A stretch of 63,598 bases of DNA, counting the filler, from Reticulomyxa filosa (lineage: Eukaryota; Protista; Foraminifera), in the NCBI GenBank assembly GCA_000512085.1. It is 14 parts of 14 records of this genome, joined end to end, with 100 filler letters (N's around TTAATTAATTAA, not from the genome) between each part and the next. Parts side by side here need not be neighbours in the genome. Positions count along the whole stretch, not along the records: positions 32,424 to 47,434 come from ASPP01010636.1; positions 47,535 to 55,083 come from ASPP01041460.1; 12 more parts are not named here. The stretch is one strand, 5' to 3'. Positions 37,818 to 49,860 of the stretch are shown here, one piece after another; the first letter of the stretch is position 1, and each line of letters opens with the position of its first letter. The translations under genes were made by a program, and so were the position numbers. The notes beneath the pieces were generated by a model. That model was not told where the DNA came from. It ran no database searches and worked only from the letters and a program-made list of their open reading frames with translations.

Positions 37818-38809
37818 CAAAGAAATCAAGCGGTTCTTTTTTCTTTGATTAAATCTAGAATTTTTATGCGTTTTTAGTTGGAATAACTAAAAATTAAGGA
37901 ATCCGAATATCGCTTTTATACTGTTTCTTCACTATTCGGGTACATTCATCGCAAGTTTATTTTAGGATTGCATAATTCAAACTTTTCGTTTCTCTCAGTC
38001 AACTTCATACTACTGATCACTTTGTTTTGAAATTATTAGATATTTTTAAAAATGGTTAAAAAAGTGAAACGTTACAACAATTTCAATGAAGATAACAAGG
38101 AAATAATCGAAATCTCAGAAACAGAGCAAACAATGATAGAAATATTTATATATCCGTTAAATTCAATTGTTATTTGTTGTGATGCACCTGAGCAATTTTT
38201 TTTTGCTTTATTTGTTTTATGAGCGTTATACTATAGTCAAGATTTGGACAAATTTTATGTTATGTTAGGGTATATAGAGCTTTGCATTTTTAAAAAGAAA
38301 ATCTTCTTTTTTTTGATTGCCTGATTTAGTGTGATCAAATTTTTGCAGTTGAAATAAATTGGAGCATGTATTCTCAAATGTAATGTCTGTATGAAATGAT
38401 AAATCAGTATCGTTGTGAATTACTGCTGAATATATTTCATTTTCGTAAAAATCATCAAGTAGTTACATTTTAGTGCAAAGCTAAGACATTGATGCGCCAT
38501 TTGCAGTCTTTTTTTTTTATCTTTTTAATCTGGTGAATTGCTAGAAATTTCTCCTGAAAAAATAAGAGATAAAATGATATGTTTGTGCTCTTAAGAGAAG
38601 AGAAGTGGAAAAACTATCCTATTATAACGAATTAGGCACAATAAGGATTTGCGGAAAGTACACGAGATTGTTTAAAAGCAAAAATAACTAACAAGGGTTA
38701 TTGTTTTTTTTAGTTGTTGAACAGCTTAAGGATTATATAATATCCTTGTTTTTATTGGATTTCCTTTTTTTTCCTTTGAATTGGTGTTTAACTTCAAATT
38801 CAAGAATAA

Positions 38810-41102
38810 ATGACGTCTGAAAAATTTGGAACATATATTCCACCACACAAACGAAACCAACAGGTATAAGAAAAATCGAACTGCGAACGGATAGAAACAT
38901 TTTGTGAATAAGCTTGTGTTTTGTGAATAGAGCGACACGAACAAAGCGTATCCGACCTCAGATTCGAAGACATATCACGAAAAGTTGCGAAGGAGTAATG
39001 AGAGACGCGATTTGTTTATCCAAGAGCGATAGAGAGGAAAGGGGGGGAGGGGGAAGGGAAGGAGAGGAGGGAGAAAAAGAAGACATTGCATTGGTGCGCA
39101 CATGTGTATGTGTGTTTGTATTGTGTGTGGCAGACAACCGTGGTCAAATCCAACAAGAGAAAGAGAGCGTTATGGAAACGATTATAACGAACAGCCAATG
39201 GAAAGTGACAAAGCCCCCTCGAATTACAATGAGTACAATAGCACCTCCGGTGGTAAATTTGAAATGGAATCCGAGACGGGAAAGTCAAATTTGAATCGCA
39301 ACATGGATTCGACAGGATACAGTGACCATTATCCACAAGCGTCGAAAGGCCGAACGGGCAATGCGTCGACGTTGAATTCCAGTCCGAGTCGAGCGCGAGA
39401 GTCGAATCGCTTTCAGTTTATGGACCGCCGTAGTCGGATGACAGAGGAGGAGATGGAGAGTCAGCTTTTCGACAATGCCAACGAAATGACACAAGGAATA
39501 AACTTTGACGTGTACGATAAAATCCCAGTGGAATTGAGCGGAAACAATCCGCCTGAAGGATTGGTGTCATTCGACGATTCCAAATTGCACGAGCAGCTGT
39601 TATACAACGTGGCTCGATGCAAGTACAGTAAACCGACGCCGGTACAAAAGTACGCCGTTCCTTGTATAATGACGGGCAAAGACCTTATGGCCTGCGCGCA
39701 AACGGGATCAGGCAAAACTGCGGCATTTTTGTTGCCCATTATCCATCGAATGATGACGTCGTCCCCCCCAAATAAACGCAATGATCGACCGTTTTATCAT
39801 CGTGGCAAGGCCACGCCTCGAGCCGTCATTCTATCGCCGACGCGCGAGTTGGCGATCCAAATCGAAGAGCAAGCGCGTAAATTCCTTTGGAAGACCGGAA
39901 TGCGATCCGTAGTCGTGTATGGAGGCGCCGATGCGGGTTCGCAGTTGAAGAACTTGAGTCGAGGTTGCGAACTCATCGTTGCGACGCCTGGTCGATTACT
40001 GGACTTTATGGAAACCGGAAAAGTCAGTGTGGAGGCCGTCCAATTTTGTGTATTAGACGAAGGCGATCGTATGTTAGACATGGGGTTCATGCCACAAATT
40101 CAAGATATCATTCGCGAGATGCCTCGCAAAGGGTCACGTCAGACGCTTATGTTTTCCGCCACATTCCCCCGCGAAATCCAAGAATTGGCCCAAGAATTCT
40201 TGGAAGACTATCTCTTTCTGGCCGTCGGTCGTGTGGGATCAACCAACACTTTCATTCGCCAAAAAATGGTGTTTGTCGAAGACAGAGACAAACTCAAGCA
40301 ACTCATGGGTACACTGCCTTCATGCGAGGGACTCACTTTAATATTTGTCGAGACAAGACGCGACGCAAACACTGTCGAGGACGAACTTATCCGAGAAGGG
40401 TTCAATGCCATCTCCATTCACGGAGATCGCACACAAAAAGAACGCGAGCATGCCCTGTCCATGTTTCGAAGTGGCAAATGTCCCGTATTGGTTGCCACTG
40501 ATGTCGCTGCACGCGGATTAGACATTCCAAATGTATTGTGGGTCATCAATTACGATCTGCCCAACAACATTGAGGCCTATGTTCACAGGATCGGTCGTAC
40601 GGGGAGATGTGGCCACGATGGAACTGCCATTGCATTTGTAAATGACAAAAATAAACCCGTATTACAGGATTTAATACATCTGCTGCGAGAAACCAAACAG
40701 GACGTGCCGCAATGGTTTTCGGAAATGGTGTATCAAAATCGCAAAGCGTCTGCGGACAAAAGACAGCAGCGACGAAGCTATCGACCTGAATACAGTACTC
40801 GAGATTACCGACGCTCACAACAAACTAACAGAGGTTCTACTTTTACTTCACGTCGTTATGAGGAAGGCAAAGCTTATGGAAGGGGCAGAGAACAAGGCAG
40901 AGAACAAAGCAGAGAACAAGGCAGAGAACAAAGCAGAGAACAAAGCAAACGAGAAGAAAACAAGGATTGGAGACGTGAATATAAATGGGAAGGTGATGAA
41001 ATGAGCTCATTTAACAACCCAAAACCGCTTGAGGACCGCGCAGAACGAACCACTGAACCCTACTCAAAGTGGAATTTTGGAATAAAGAATGATTCGTGGT
41101 AA
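38810..41102 (+). CDS. DDX3: DEAD-box RNA helicase, DDX3/Ded1/Vasa family
   Basis: First exon MTSEKFGTYIPPHKRNQQ (38810..38863, YIPPH motif). Also GINFDVYD, DLMACAQTGSGKT, PTRELA, LDEGDRMLDMGF, FSAT, HGDRTQKERE, VAARGLD, HRIGRTGR; ends DSW. Confidence 0.92.
40885..40948 (+). repeat. In-frame 12-bp tandem repeat (GCAGAGAACAAR) encoding G/S-R-E-Q units
   Basis: About five consecutive units in the helicase C-terminal tail. Confidence 0.85.
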
Positions 41103-41899
41103 ACATCAAACATCCACAATCTCGAGAACATAGAACCAACCCTGACTTTGTTTGCTTTGTTGAGTTTTCATCACGTGGGTCTGGGAGTCTGTATATGTCC
41201 AATTTTTAATGTTTAGACTGTATAGACTTCAACATCGCCAAATGTTTGGGTGGATAATGTCTTGTGTTTTCGCCTGGGGGAGGTTTTGTTTTTAATTAAA
41301 TTTCGCCGTGACCGCGAAATGAATTTGAACTGATCCATGAGATATTGTTTTTGAAAACATCAAACTCCATAATATGGGCCCTTTACAATTTGCTGTATGT
41401 TTAAGAGAATAAAATCACTGCTGCTTGCAAAAAAAGAAAAAATTTAAAATCAAGTCAAAGAACGAAGTCAACAACTCAGCATAAGCTTACTCCTGTTATT
41501 TTGTATACAACAAGATTGATGATATTTCTTATCCTGGCATGGTTTTGCATTTGTTGCTGATTTCTAAATTAAATCCATCAAAAAAAATTTTTTTGAGTAA
41601 ATCAAACCATTTTGAAGAAAATTTTTAAAAATAATACAAATGGATGCTAATTTAATCATAACACTTTTTCGATCTTTGAATCTTTACCAATTTGTATCTC
41701 GCAAATTCTATATAATTATGACTTTGTTTACACTCTATCTTACCAAAGACGTCACGTTCATTGTTTATTAATCATTGCTATTTATTTTTAATGCGTATCT
41801 TTTAACACAGTTAACTCGTAGACAGTTTTTTTTTTTGGCAGTGTTATTTTTTTTTACTATATATCCTGTCACATTCTTTGGTGACATAGTATCAACTAT

Positions 41900-44225
41900 A
41901 TGGCGCATGCCGAAAATGCTCATATACAAAGCCTTCAACACATACCTGGCATCATTCATGTATCCGAGGAACGGAAACATTGGTGTGTGAAGCTGAACGC
42001 GCAAGGTGTTCCATACGATTTGAATATGTTACGTATCTATTATTTTTATTGTTTGTGGATTGTTATTTGGTTTAAGGTCACACAAAATATTGCATATACG
42101 CATAATTAGTCACCTCGTGCGTGGTTTTCCACACATGGCCCCAGTTCTTCGGCTAATGGCCGGATGGGAACATCAAATAGTTGATTCGCAAACGGGTGAG
42201 ATTATATTCCCGTACTTGGAAGAGTGGAAGGGAAGTATGTTAATCGGTGATATAGTGAAAGATATCATCCAAGAACTTAGCAACGTCCCTCCAATCCCAC
42301 CAGTTTTTACTAATTGTTTTTACTTGATCAGTTTTGTGGAAAGTGTGGATATTAATATTTTTTTGAACATAGAAAAAATTCAAAAATACGTTGGATGAGA
42401 TGAAAGAGTTGCACACACAATTGGAGATGAAAAACAACGAAATCAAAGAATTGAAATTGACAGTGTCGAAATTAAATGTATGCGCATTTGTATTTTTTTT
42501 TTCCTTGGCTCTGGAAAAATACTCTGTTTATGTCGTCGAAATATATGAATCAATCCAAAAAATGTGGTTTGTCCGACTTATTGAAATCAAATAAAAGACA
42601 CAAATCTTTCAAGACAAACGACAGAACTTAACAGAATTTCGAGAAATTCAACAAGCATTGGTACGTTTTGATTGTTTGAACACAATAACAAAGTTGTAAT
42701 ATTTGGAACGTGTGTATTGTCAACACATATACGTATATACATAAAAAGAATTTATCGGAGAAAAACAGAAAGAAAGTGGAGCAGATGCTCAAAGAGGTAT
42801 TGGAGAGACATAACCATTGCCAAGAGAACGCAAAAGTGAATGCAAATAAAGACGAGAGTGGACATGAGAAGGAACACGAAAATGAAAAAAAGGAAAGAAG
42901 AAAAAAATAGCAGTGGAAATATCAATGAGGAAGAAGCAGAAAATGAACACAAAAGCGATGACAGTAGTGATGATGATCTTCGAAAAGAGCTCCAAAAGAT
43001 TCAAGATATGATGGCGCGGATGAACAAGGAGATGGAAAAAGCGAACCAAAATATGAATAGCATGAGCGAGTTCATGAAACAATTGAACGACGAGCGTACG
43101 GCAACGAGACAGTCGATAGAAAGGATGTTGCAACACACGTCAGATATAAACGTGAGAGCGTCTCAACAAATCACAGACAAGATCGATAAAGAGATATTCT
43201 ATTACGTAGTTACAAAGGTATCCATGAACTTTTTTGATTGCAAGATCGTGAAATCCGATTACGTGGATACCAAGGTCGTGTTCGAGAGCACCGTGCTAAA
43301 TTTTGCACTTGGCTCAATGCAAATTGCTAAAGACTTGCTAAACAACGTTCCAGTGTTTGGAATTGTAGTTACTATTGTAGACAGTCTCATTGGCACATGT
43401 GGAGATTGGTATCTCGGCAAATTATTTGAAAATGTTTTAAATTTTGAAATCAAGATTGGACCAGAAAACGCTACCCTCTTTGCAAAGGTTTTCGGATTGC
43501 AATTGATTGCAGACGAAAAGTTTCAAGCTCAAAAACGCCAAGCTATTGCAAAATCGCAAGACTCAAACTTGCCTCTGTCCAATCTCTCTCCTCGACAGAT
43601 CGATCAGAAGCCATTCATCGAAGTCGCTGACCTCTATTGCGATCGACTCTTTGCAATTCTAACCACTGGTGCTTTATGCTCGTTATGGGAACGAAAAAGC
43701 ACCACCGTGGGCCACAGTTCCACCAAAATGATGGAGGACTTGATCATCGAAATTTTTCCTACATTGGCACTCGGTGAGAGTGACTTGGACATTTTTAAGA
43801 AAAACCTCTCTCTCTTAAACGATAAATTGCTAATGAAAACAGAGATTGCTCGAAAAAATTCCAATTCCTTGGACAAGACCGAAAGGAAGTCGTCAATAAC
43901 CAAACTTCCGCCGACTGTCATCAAACGAGGAAACATGAAAAAAGATGGTCCCAATGTGTACAGCCAGTGGAAGAAGAGACACTTTATCCTCTTTAGCGAT
44001 GGTATAATGCATTATCAAGATAGTGCACAACAAGATCAATCATCGAACTCTCCCTCAAAAATCATCCGCGTGAAAGACGCTAAGCGTATTTCATTGTCCA
44101 ATCAGCACCAATTTTGTATCGAAATTGACACTTATGATAGAGTCTGGAAGCTCATGTGTTCGTCTACAGAAGATGTCAACAATTGGATTGAAGCAATTAA
44201 CAAGGTTAGGAACGTTAAAAGTTAA
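41900..44225 (+). CDS. UEV (E2-variant) + coiled coil + helical region + C-terminal PH domain; one frameshift near 42890
   Basis: Spliced N-terminus IHLVRGFPHMAPVL..HQIVDSQTGEIIFPYLEEW..IVKDIIQELSNVPP (UEV). PH domain KRGNMKKDG..WKKRHFILF..WIEAINKV. The frame changes in an A-rich tract at 42881..42910. Confidence 0.7.
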
Positions 44226-45488
44226 ATTTGAAAGAAATAGAAAACAAAGGTTAAATTGTGATGAAAAGTCATATAGCATCATTTACGCATCAATTGAATC
44301 TTTGTTTTTATAGTATTTGCATTGTGTTCAATTCCTTCACTTCAAATATTTTTAGTATTCGAAGACTTTCTAAACTCGTATCCACATACTTTTTCAACTG
44401 TTTCAGACAGTGGGAATTTTGCTCCCTTATAGTTTTCTTTTTTCTGTTTGACAAATTTTAACTTGCGCATCTCGTTTTTCTATTATCAACAAAGGCCTAT
44501 TGGAAAAAATTCTATGCACAATGACGTGATGCTTTTTTATTTTACAAAAGGATAAATTAGAGCGATCCAGCACACCATCAAGCCCAAACGTAAGAGAACG
44601 ACTGTTTTACGTAAATATGTAACATTTTTTTACGTACAGTTAGTATTTTTAAATGACAGCATTAGATGTACAAGACACCAAACTAATCCAACGACAACAC
44701 TTGTGGATATTTGAAAAAAGGTTTTAATTAAATTCTGAGAATCAATTATACATTTTACTTTATAAATCATTTATCAATTTAAGAAAAATAGACAAACTGT
44801 GAATAACATTAGTTTTTGCATAGAAATAATCTAGCTATGTGTTATTTGAAGTGGTTTGCGCTTTTTATATCCTTTATCCAAAAATTGTGGGCACTTTTTA
44901 TTGTAAATTTTTTAATTGTAAAGTTTAGTTTATCACTTAGAGGAATTCTTGTGATAGCAATGCATTGATAAACGACATCGCAGATGCATTAACCAATGGC
45001 TTAGCCTAGTGGATTCCATTCGGGTCAAAGCATCCCAGTTCTATGAAATGACAATCTCGATAAATGCAAAATTGCAACAAATTTATTTATTTTATTTGAA
45101 ATACGACAGTTACGTTGTTATTTGCTTAATTTTTATTTGTTGTAAATTAGTATCCAGTTACAACGCTCCAACGGTCAGCAGAACATCTTCGTGTGTCATG
45201 TTATATTTTAATGCCATAGTGCATTCGTGTCTATTTGTAACATTTCCAGGATAAGATTTCTTAATTCAACTAGGCTCTGTACAGTACACTATCATTATTT
45301 TTTGTTTTCCATGTTGGCTCCCTTTTATGTAAATTTAATTAAAGTTCTTACCGCTTCTAGACAGTCAAAAAGAAAATTTTAATAAATATTCAACAAAGAA
45401 AAGGTGGGTATTTTCCAAGACAAATTTTTTTGATTTAGAGAAAACTTTATAAAAAAGCTCAGCCCCTGAAAAAGTGATAATAGGAGAG

Positions 45489-46292
45489 ATGGAAGCAAAA
45501 GACGACAAAGAAACACAAGAAACAAAATCTTCTATGAAGCGTAGTTTGATTTGGATATGTTTTGCTGGAATAATAAGTTTGTGGCAGCGGTTCCAACAAA
45601 CACTATCGCCGTGTGCTCGGTGGACGAATAGATTTTTATTGTTCCACGTGTTGCTTTCAATGCTGGGGTTATACAAATACTTAGGTTTATCAATGGATTC
45701 CATACTACTACACCACCAAATATGGCGTATCTTAACATGTGTATTGGCCGATACAAGTGTATTGTATGCACTGTTATCTTCTGTCATATTTTGTGATCTA
45801 ATCAATCGATTGGAAACACATGTCGGAACAATGGAATGTTTATATCTAATATCGTTACATTTGATAATACACTTGGGCTTGGTAATCTTATTCGTTGTGT
45901 CTTTATGGTGGTATTATCCGATTGCAAAGTTGATTCCAAATGAATGGAGCGTAGGTTTGTATCCGTTGATTATTGGTTTGCTGACAATTGAAGCTCATCT
46001 TTCACAAATTCCTTATCAAATCTTTCCTTGGTTTTTCATTGCTCATCATAAACTTTATCTTGGCTTTCTCTACCATCCGTTTGTCTATGCTCTGTTTTAC
46101 TCTGTCTTTTTACGTTTTGATGTTACTGTGTGGTCGTCCATCGTCGCTGCCTTCCTTGTTCTTAAACTCACTCCCTCTAAACAAACATTACTTCAATGGG
46201 AACATTCGAAACATTTGGCCTGCTTTCTTCGAGAATCCCATTTTGTGCACTTGGAAGAATCTTGGCTTCATTCTACAAATACAGTCTATTGA
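45489..46292 (+). CDS. Rhomboid-superfamily membrane protein, probably an inactive pseudoprotease; intronless
   Basis: QIWRILT (WR motif), RLETHVGT and several TM helices. The GxS position reads GLY and no HxxG motif is present. Confidence 0.65.
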   Translation: MEAKDDKETQETKSSMKRSLIWICFAGIISLWQRFQQTLSPCARWTNRFLLFHVLLSMLGLYKYLGLSMDSILLHHQIWRILTCVLADTSVLYALLSSVIFCDLINRLETHVGTMECLYLISLHLIIHLGLVILFVVSLWWYYPIAKLIPNEWSVGLYPLIIGLLTIEAHLSQIPYQIFPWFFIAHHKLYLGFLYHPFVYALFYSVFLRFDVTVWSSIVAAFLVLKLTPSKQTLLQWEHSKHLACFLRESHFVHLEESWLHSTNTVY

Positions 46293-47434
46293 GCTTGTTT
46301 CTTTTTTTGTTATATTTTTTGATTTTTTCTCAATCTTTTTAAATCTCTTCATACTGTTCCGCATACACGTTCACCATTTTGAATTTTTTTGAAAGAAAAA
46401 AGCGAATGAATCAATGATATTTCGTCCCATATACAGAACGGCTCGAATATTATCTATCAGTTTTTCTGACTTATTTCTTATCCAAAAACTAGTTAGATTA
46501 AAGTAGGAGAAATAAGTGCGAAAAATGCGGCTATGGCATAAAAGGTTTCGAGATTGAATTCAACATTTCAAAAATGATTGTGTAATTATCAAAATCAGCA
46601 TTTCTTCAGCGGCAATTTTACTTAAGCACAAACGGGTTGATCAACATTACAATCGAAAAATATATCATTTATTGCAAATAAGCGATCTACAGGCTTGACA
46701 ACTTGAAATTGCTCATATATTTGTATTGAAATCGATTGCAAAATTGATCACTGGAATAAAATTCAGAACATATAATTATATAATAGCGAATATTGAAGAT
46801 AATGAAAGACTTGTGATAGAATGGAGCTATTGAAATAGATTTATCTAATATACAGTAGAATGCAAAGTAAAGTTGACCTAAAACGGCACCTTATAGAGAT
46901 GATTTATTTTCTACATGAAAAAACAACATCCAGACATGATTTTTTTAAATATCTACAAATCGTGTACTTTTTAGATATCATTTTGGTTTTTTATTAAATA
47001 TTTACTAATTGTTTAAAAAATTTGAAATTTTATTCATTTTTTAAAATTTTGAGAAAAAGTTGACAATCGTGACTACGTCGCAACCATGAAACTTGACAGC
47101 TTTTTTTAAAGCATTTTCAACGTGTAGATATTTGTAAAAAAAAGATTAGTCTTCTACGTTGCGTAGTTTTTGAGAAAACTCAATTTTTTGTTAAAAAAAA
47201 TTTTTTTTTTAATGTTATTTTGCAAAGTTTGTACATTGTGAAGGTATGACGATTTTTGACTACTTTTTGCTTTGTATTTACTTATTATTTGTTTTTTTTG
47301 CTTTTTTGTCTAATGCCAATTAAGTCAAGTTAATTCAAAAGCATTAGAACTGGACTTTTTTTTGTGGTAATACAGTATATCGCAAAAAAAAAAGCCATAC
47401 CTAAATGGCACTATATGAAGAGAATCGATTTTCT

Positions 47435-47534
47435 NNNNNNNNNNNNNNNNNNNNNNNNNNNNNNNNNNNNNNNNNNNNTTAATTAATTAANNNNNNNNNN
47501 NNNNNNNNNNNNNNNNNNNNNNNNNNNNNNNNNN
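47435..47534. other. Artificial contig linker
   Basis: 44 N + TTAATTAATTAA + 44 N. Confidence 0.98.
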
Positions 47535-49860
47535 ATACAATAGGCAATTTCTTTTTTTAATAGCTTTCAACATGCTTCGTATGTTGCTTCCTTTGTCTAA
47601 TTGTTATTTATAATCCAAATTTTTTAATTTGCTTCAAAAAACTTTTTCATTATTGGATTTTTTTTTTGCAAATTTCAAGTATTGCTATCAATTCTACTTT
47701 TTCATTCAATAAACTTTTACAAAACCGTGTTGCCATGTTTATCGTAAAAAAAAGTTTACTAAAGGAAAATCGAAAAGCTTGTGAAATATGCAAAAAGTAA
47801 CATAACAAGTTTATCTTTCAATAAACTCCAAATAACTTAAGTTACTAAATCGTAATAATTCAAGTGGTATCACCAATGATACATTAAAAAGTAATTAATG
47901 TTTAATCAACATAAAGCAAGTCAAAAAACAAAATTAATTCCTTAAAGTTATATATGTCTTAATTGGATAATATTTCTATCATGTAATCACACGTACTTTG
48001 AAAGTGATAAATGTTAGAGATAGAGTGTCATTTGGAGCGTAAGCTAGTGTTCAATTACTTTTTTTGGCATAATTAATAAATGAAAATGTCAACGAAGCGA
48101 CGGACCGCAAGCCAAAGAAACAATTTTTTGAAACTCTCCTCCTAGGATTGAGAGTAACGGAGCTATATTAGATCTTATTATTAGGTTTTTTTGCTTTGCG
48201 CTGCTCGACAACATGATGCAGGGCCTAGATTCACTGAACTTAAGTGCTTTAGACGGTACTGTGAGAACAGCAGTATTGTTTGTTGGTTGCAGTGCCTGTC
48301 GTTAAACGTCTCAAAAATAACAAACTCACGAAAGGACTAGACAGTTCTGACACGTTACTTCCGGAACCGCTTATATCTGTTGACATAATGAATAAGACTC
48401 CCAACAACACTGAAAATGTGACGATTACGCAAAAACCAGCAGCTGGAACTGGCGTCACGAATCAACTTCAACAAGCGGGCACGTTCGATAATCACTTACA
48501 AGCAAACCTGCCTCCAAACAAAAACAAAGACAGCGAAAAAAAAATGACAGCACTTCCATTGGTCCAATTGGCAACACTGGCAATAAGGCATCAGAAGAAG
48601 AAAGTATTTTTTTTTTTGTAAAAAAAAATGGGGGTGAAACCTTTTCGGAAAAGCAGCAGAAACGGGTAACGAGCAAAATGGTTACTATATCGACAATTGC
48701 ATATTTATTTAAAATACAAAAAAGAAAAAACTAATTTTGTTGGTTGTTTTGTTTAAGCTTAATCTTACTTTTAATACCAATAAAATCGAAATCCAACAAA
48801 AATTTGCTTAACTTTAGCATTTTAAAATAATTTTATTAAAGAAAAAATTACGATTAATAAAATATAACAATTTCAAGCATAGTTTTCTTTTAAAATGCAA
48901 ATTGAAATATTCCTATAAATTGCGAAGATTGTCTTTTTATTTGTATCAAACAAATGATAGTCGATTTTTTTGAAAAAATCAAAAATATCATACATTTTCT
49001 TTGTACCAACTTAGAACAACATAAATTTGTTGGAAATTCAATGATGTTTATTTCTCAATTGTTATGCCGCAACTCTACAAATGTACAACAATAAAGTATC
49101 TCAAAATTGTCATCAAATGTTGTCTTTTTTATCCAACAAACAATTAGAAATGATTTCATATTATTTACTCTAGTAACAAAAAACCTTACTACAAAACTAA
49201 AAGAATTTTTTCGATAAAAAGTGTGGCAATATTATGTATGTAATCAATCAAAAAAATGTTAAACTATATTATTAACTACGAGAAATTTTGATGGAAAAGG
49301 AATATATTTAAGATTTTCCAAATTCAGAAACGTTATCAAACAGTTTTGTTGTCAGTACTTAAGGACCAACAAAAATCTCCTTTTTCTTTTTCAAAGAAAA
49401 ATGTCAAAAATAAGATCCGGTCGTCCATACAATTTTTAAGTTTCCAAACCTCAGAAGAAGGAGAAGAAGCATTTTCAAAATCTTATTTGTAGAGTGTATC
49501 TCCTCTTTGATCCCTTGTTCTAAAAGTAAAGACGACATAGTGAGAATGAGCCAGAGCAAACACACTCTGAAGTATGTCCAGGAATACTTGCGAATGGCCC
49601 GTGAGGTAACAATAGATAAGAAGAATTTGGACTATCTGAATCATCACGAAATGTTTTACATATGCGACATGACGGACAATCTCCAGTATTGGATGATTGT
49701 TGTTGAAAAGAAGTCATTTGTTGTATGTTGTGAAAACGGCGGATTGCCGTCACATGACACTTTGTCGTCGCTTCAGCTTTTCAAAATTATATATCACAAC
49801 ATCGCATCAATTTATTTGAACAATGCCAAGTCGATGATGGTTCATACAACAGAGCCAATA

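Noticed and set aside
39102-39131. ORF-track start MCMCVCIVC for the helicase
   Set aside because: Intronic (GT)n-like sequence; a better start with the YIPPH motif lies at 38810.
48280-48621. Isolated 113-aa ORF
   Set aside because: No recognisable motif or supportable exon chain.
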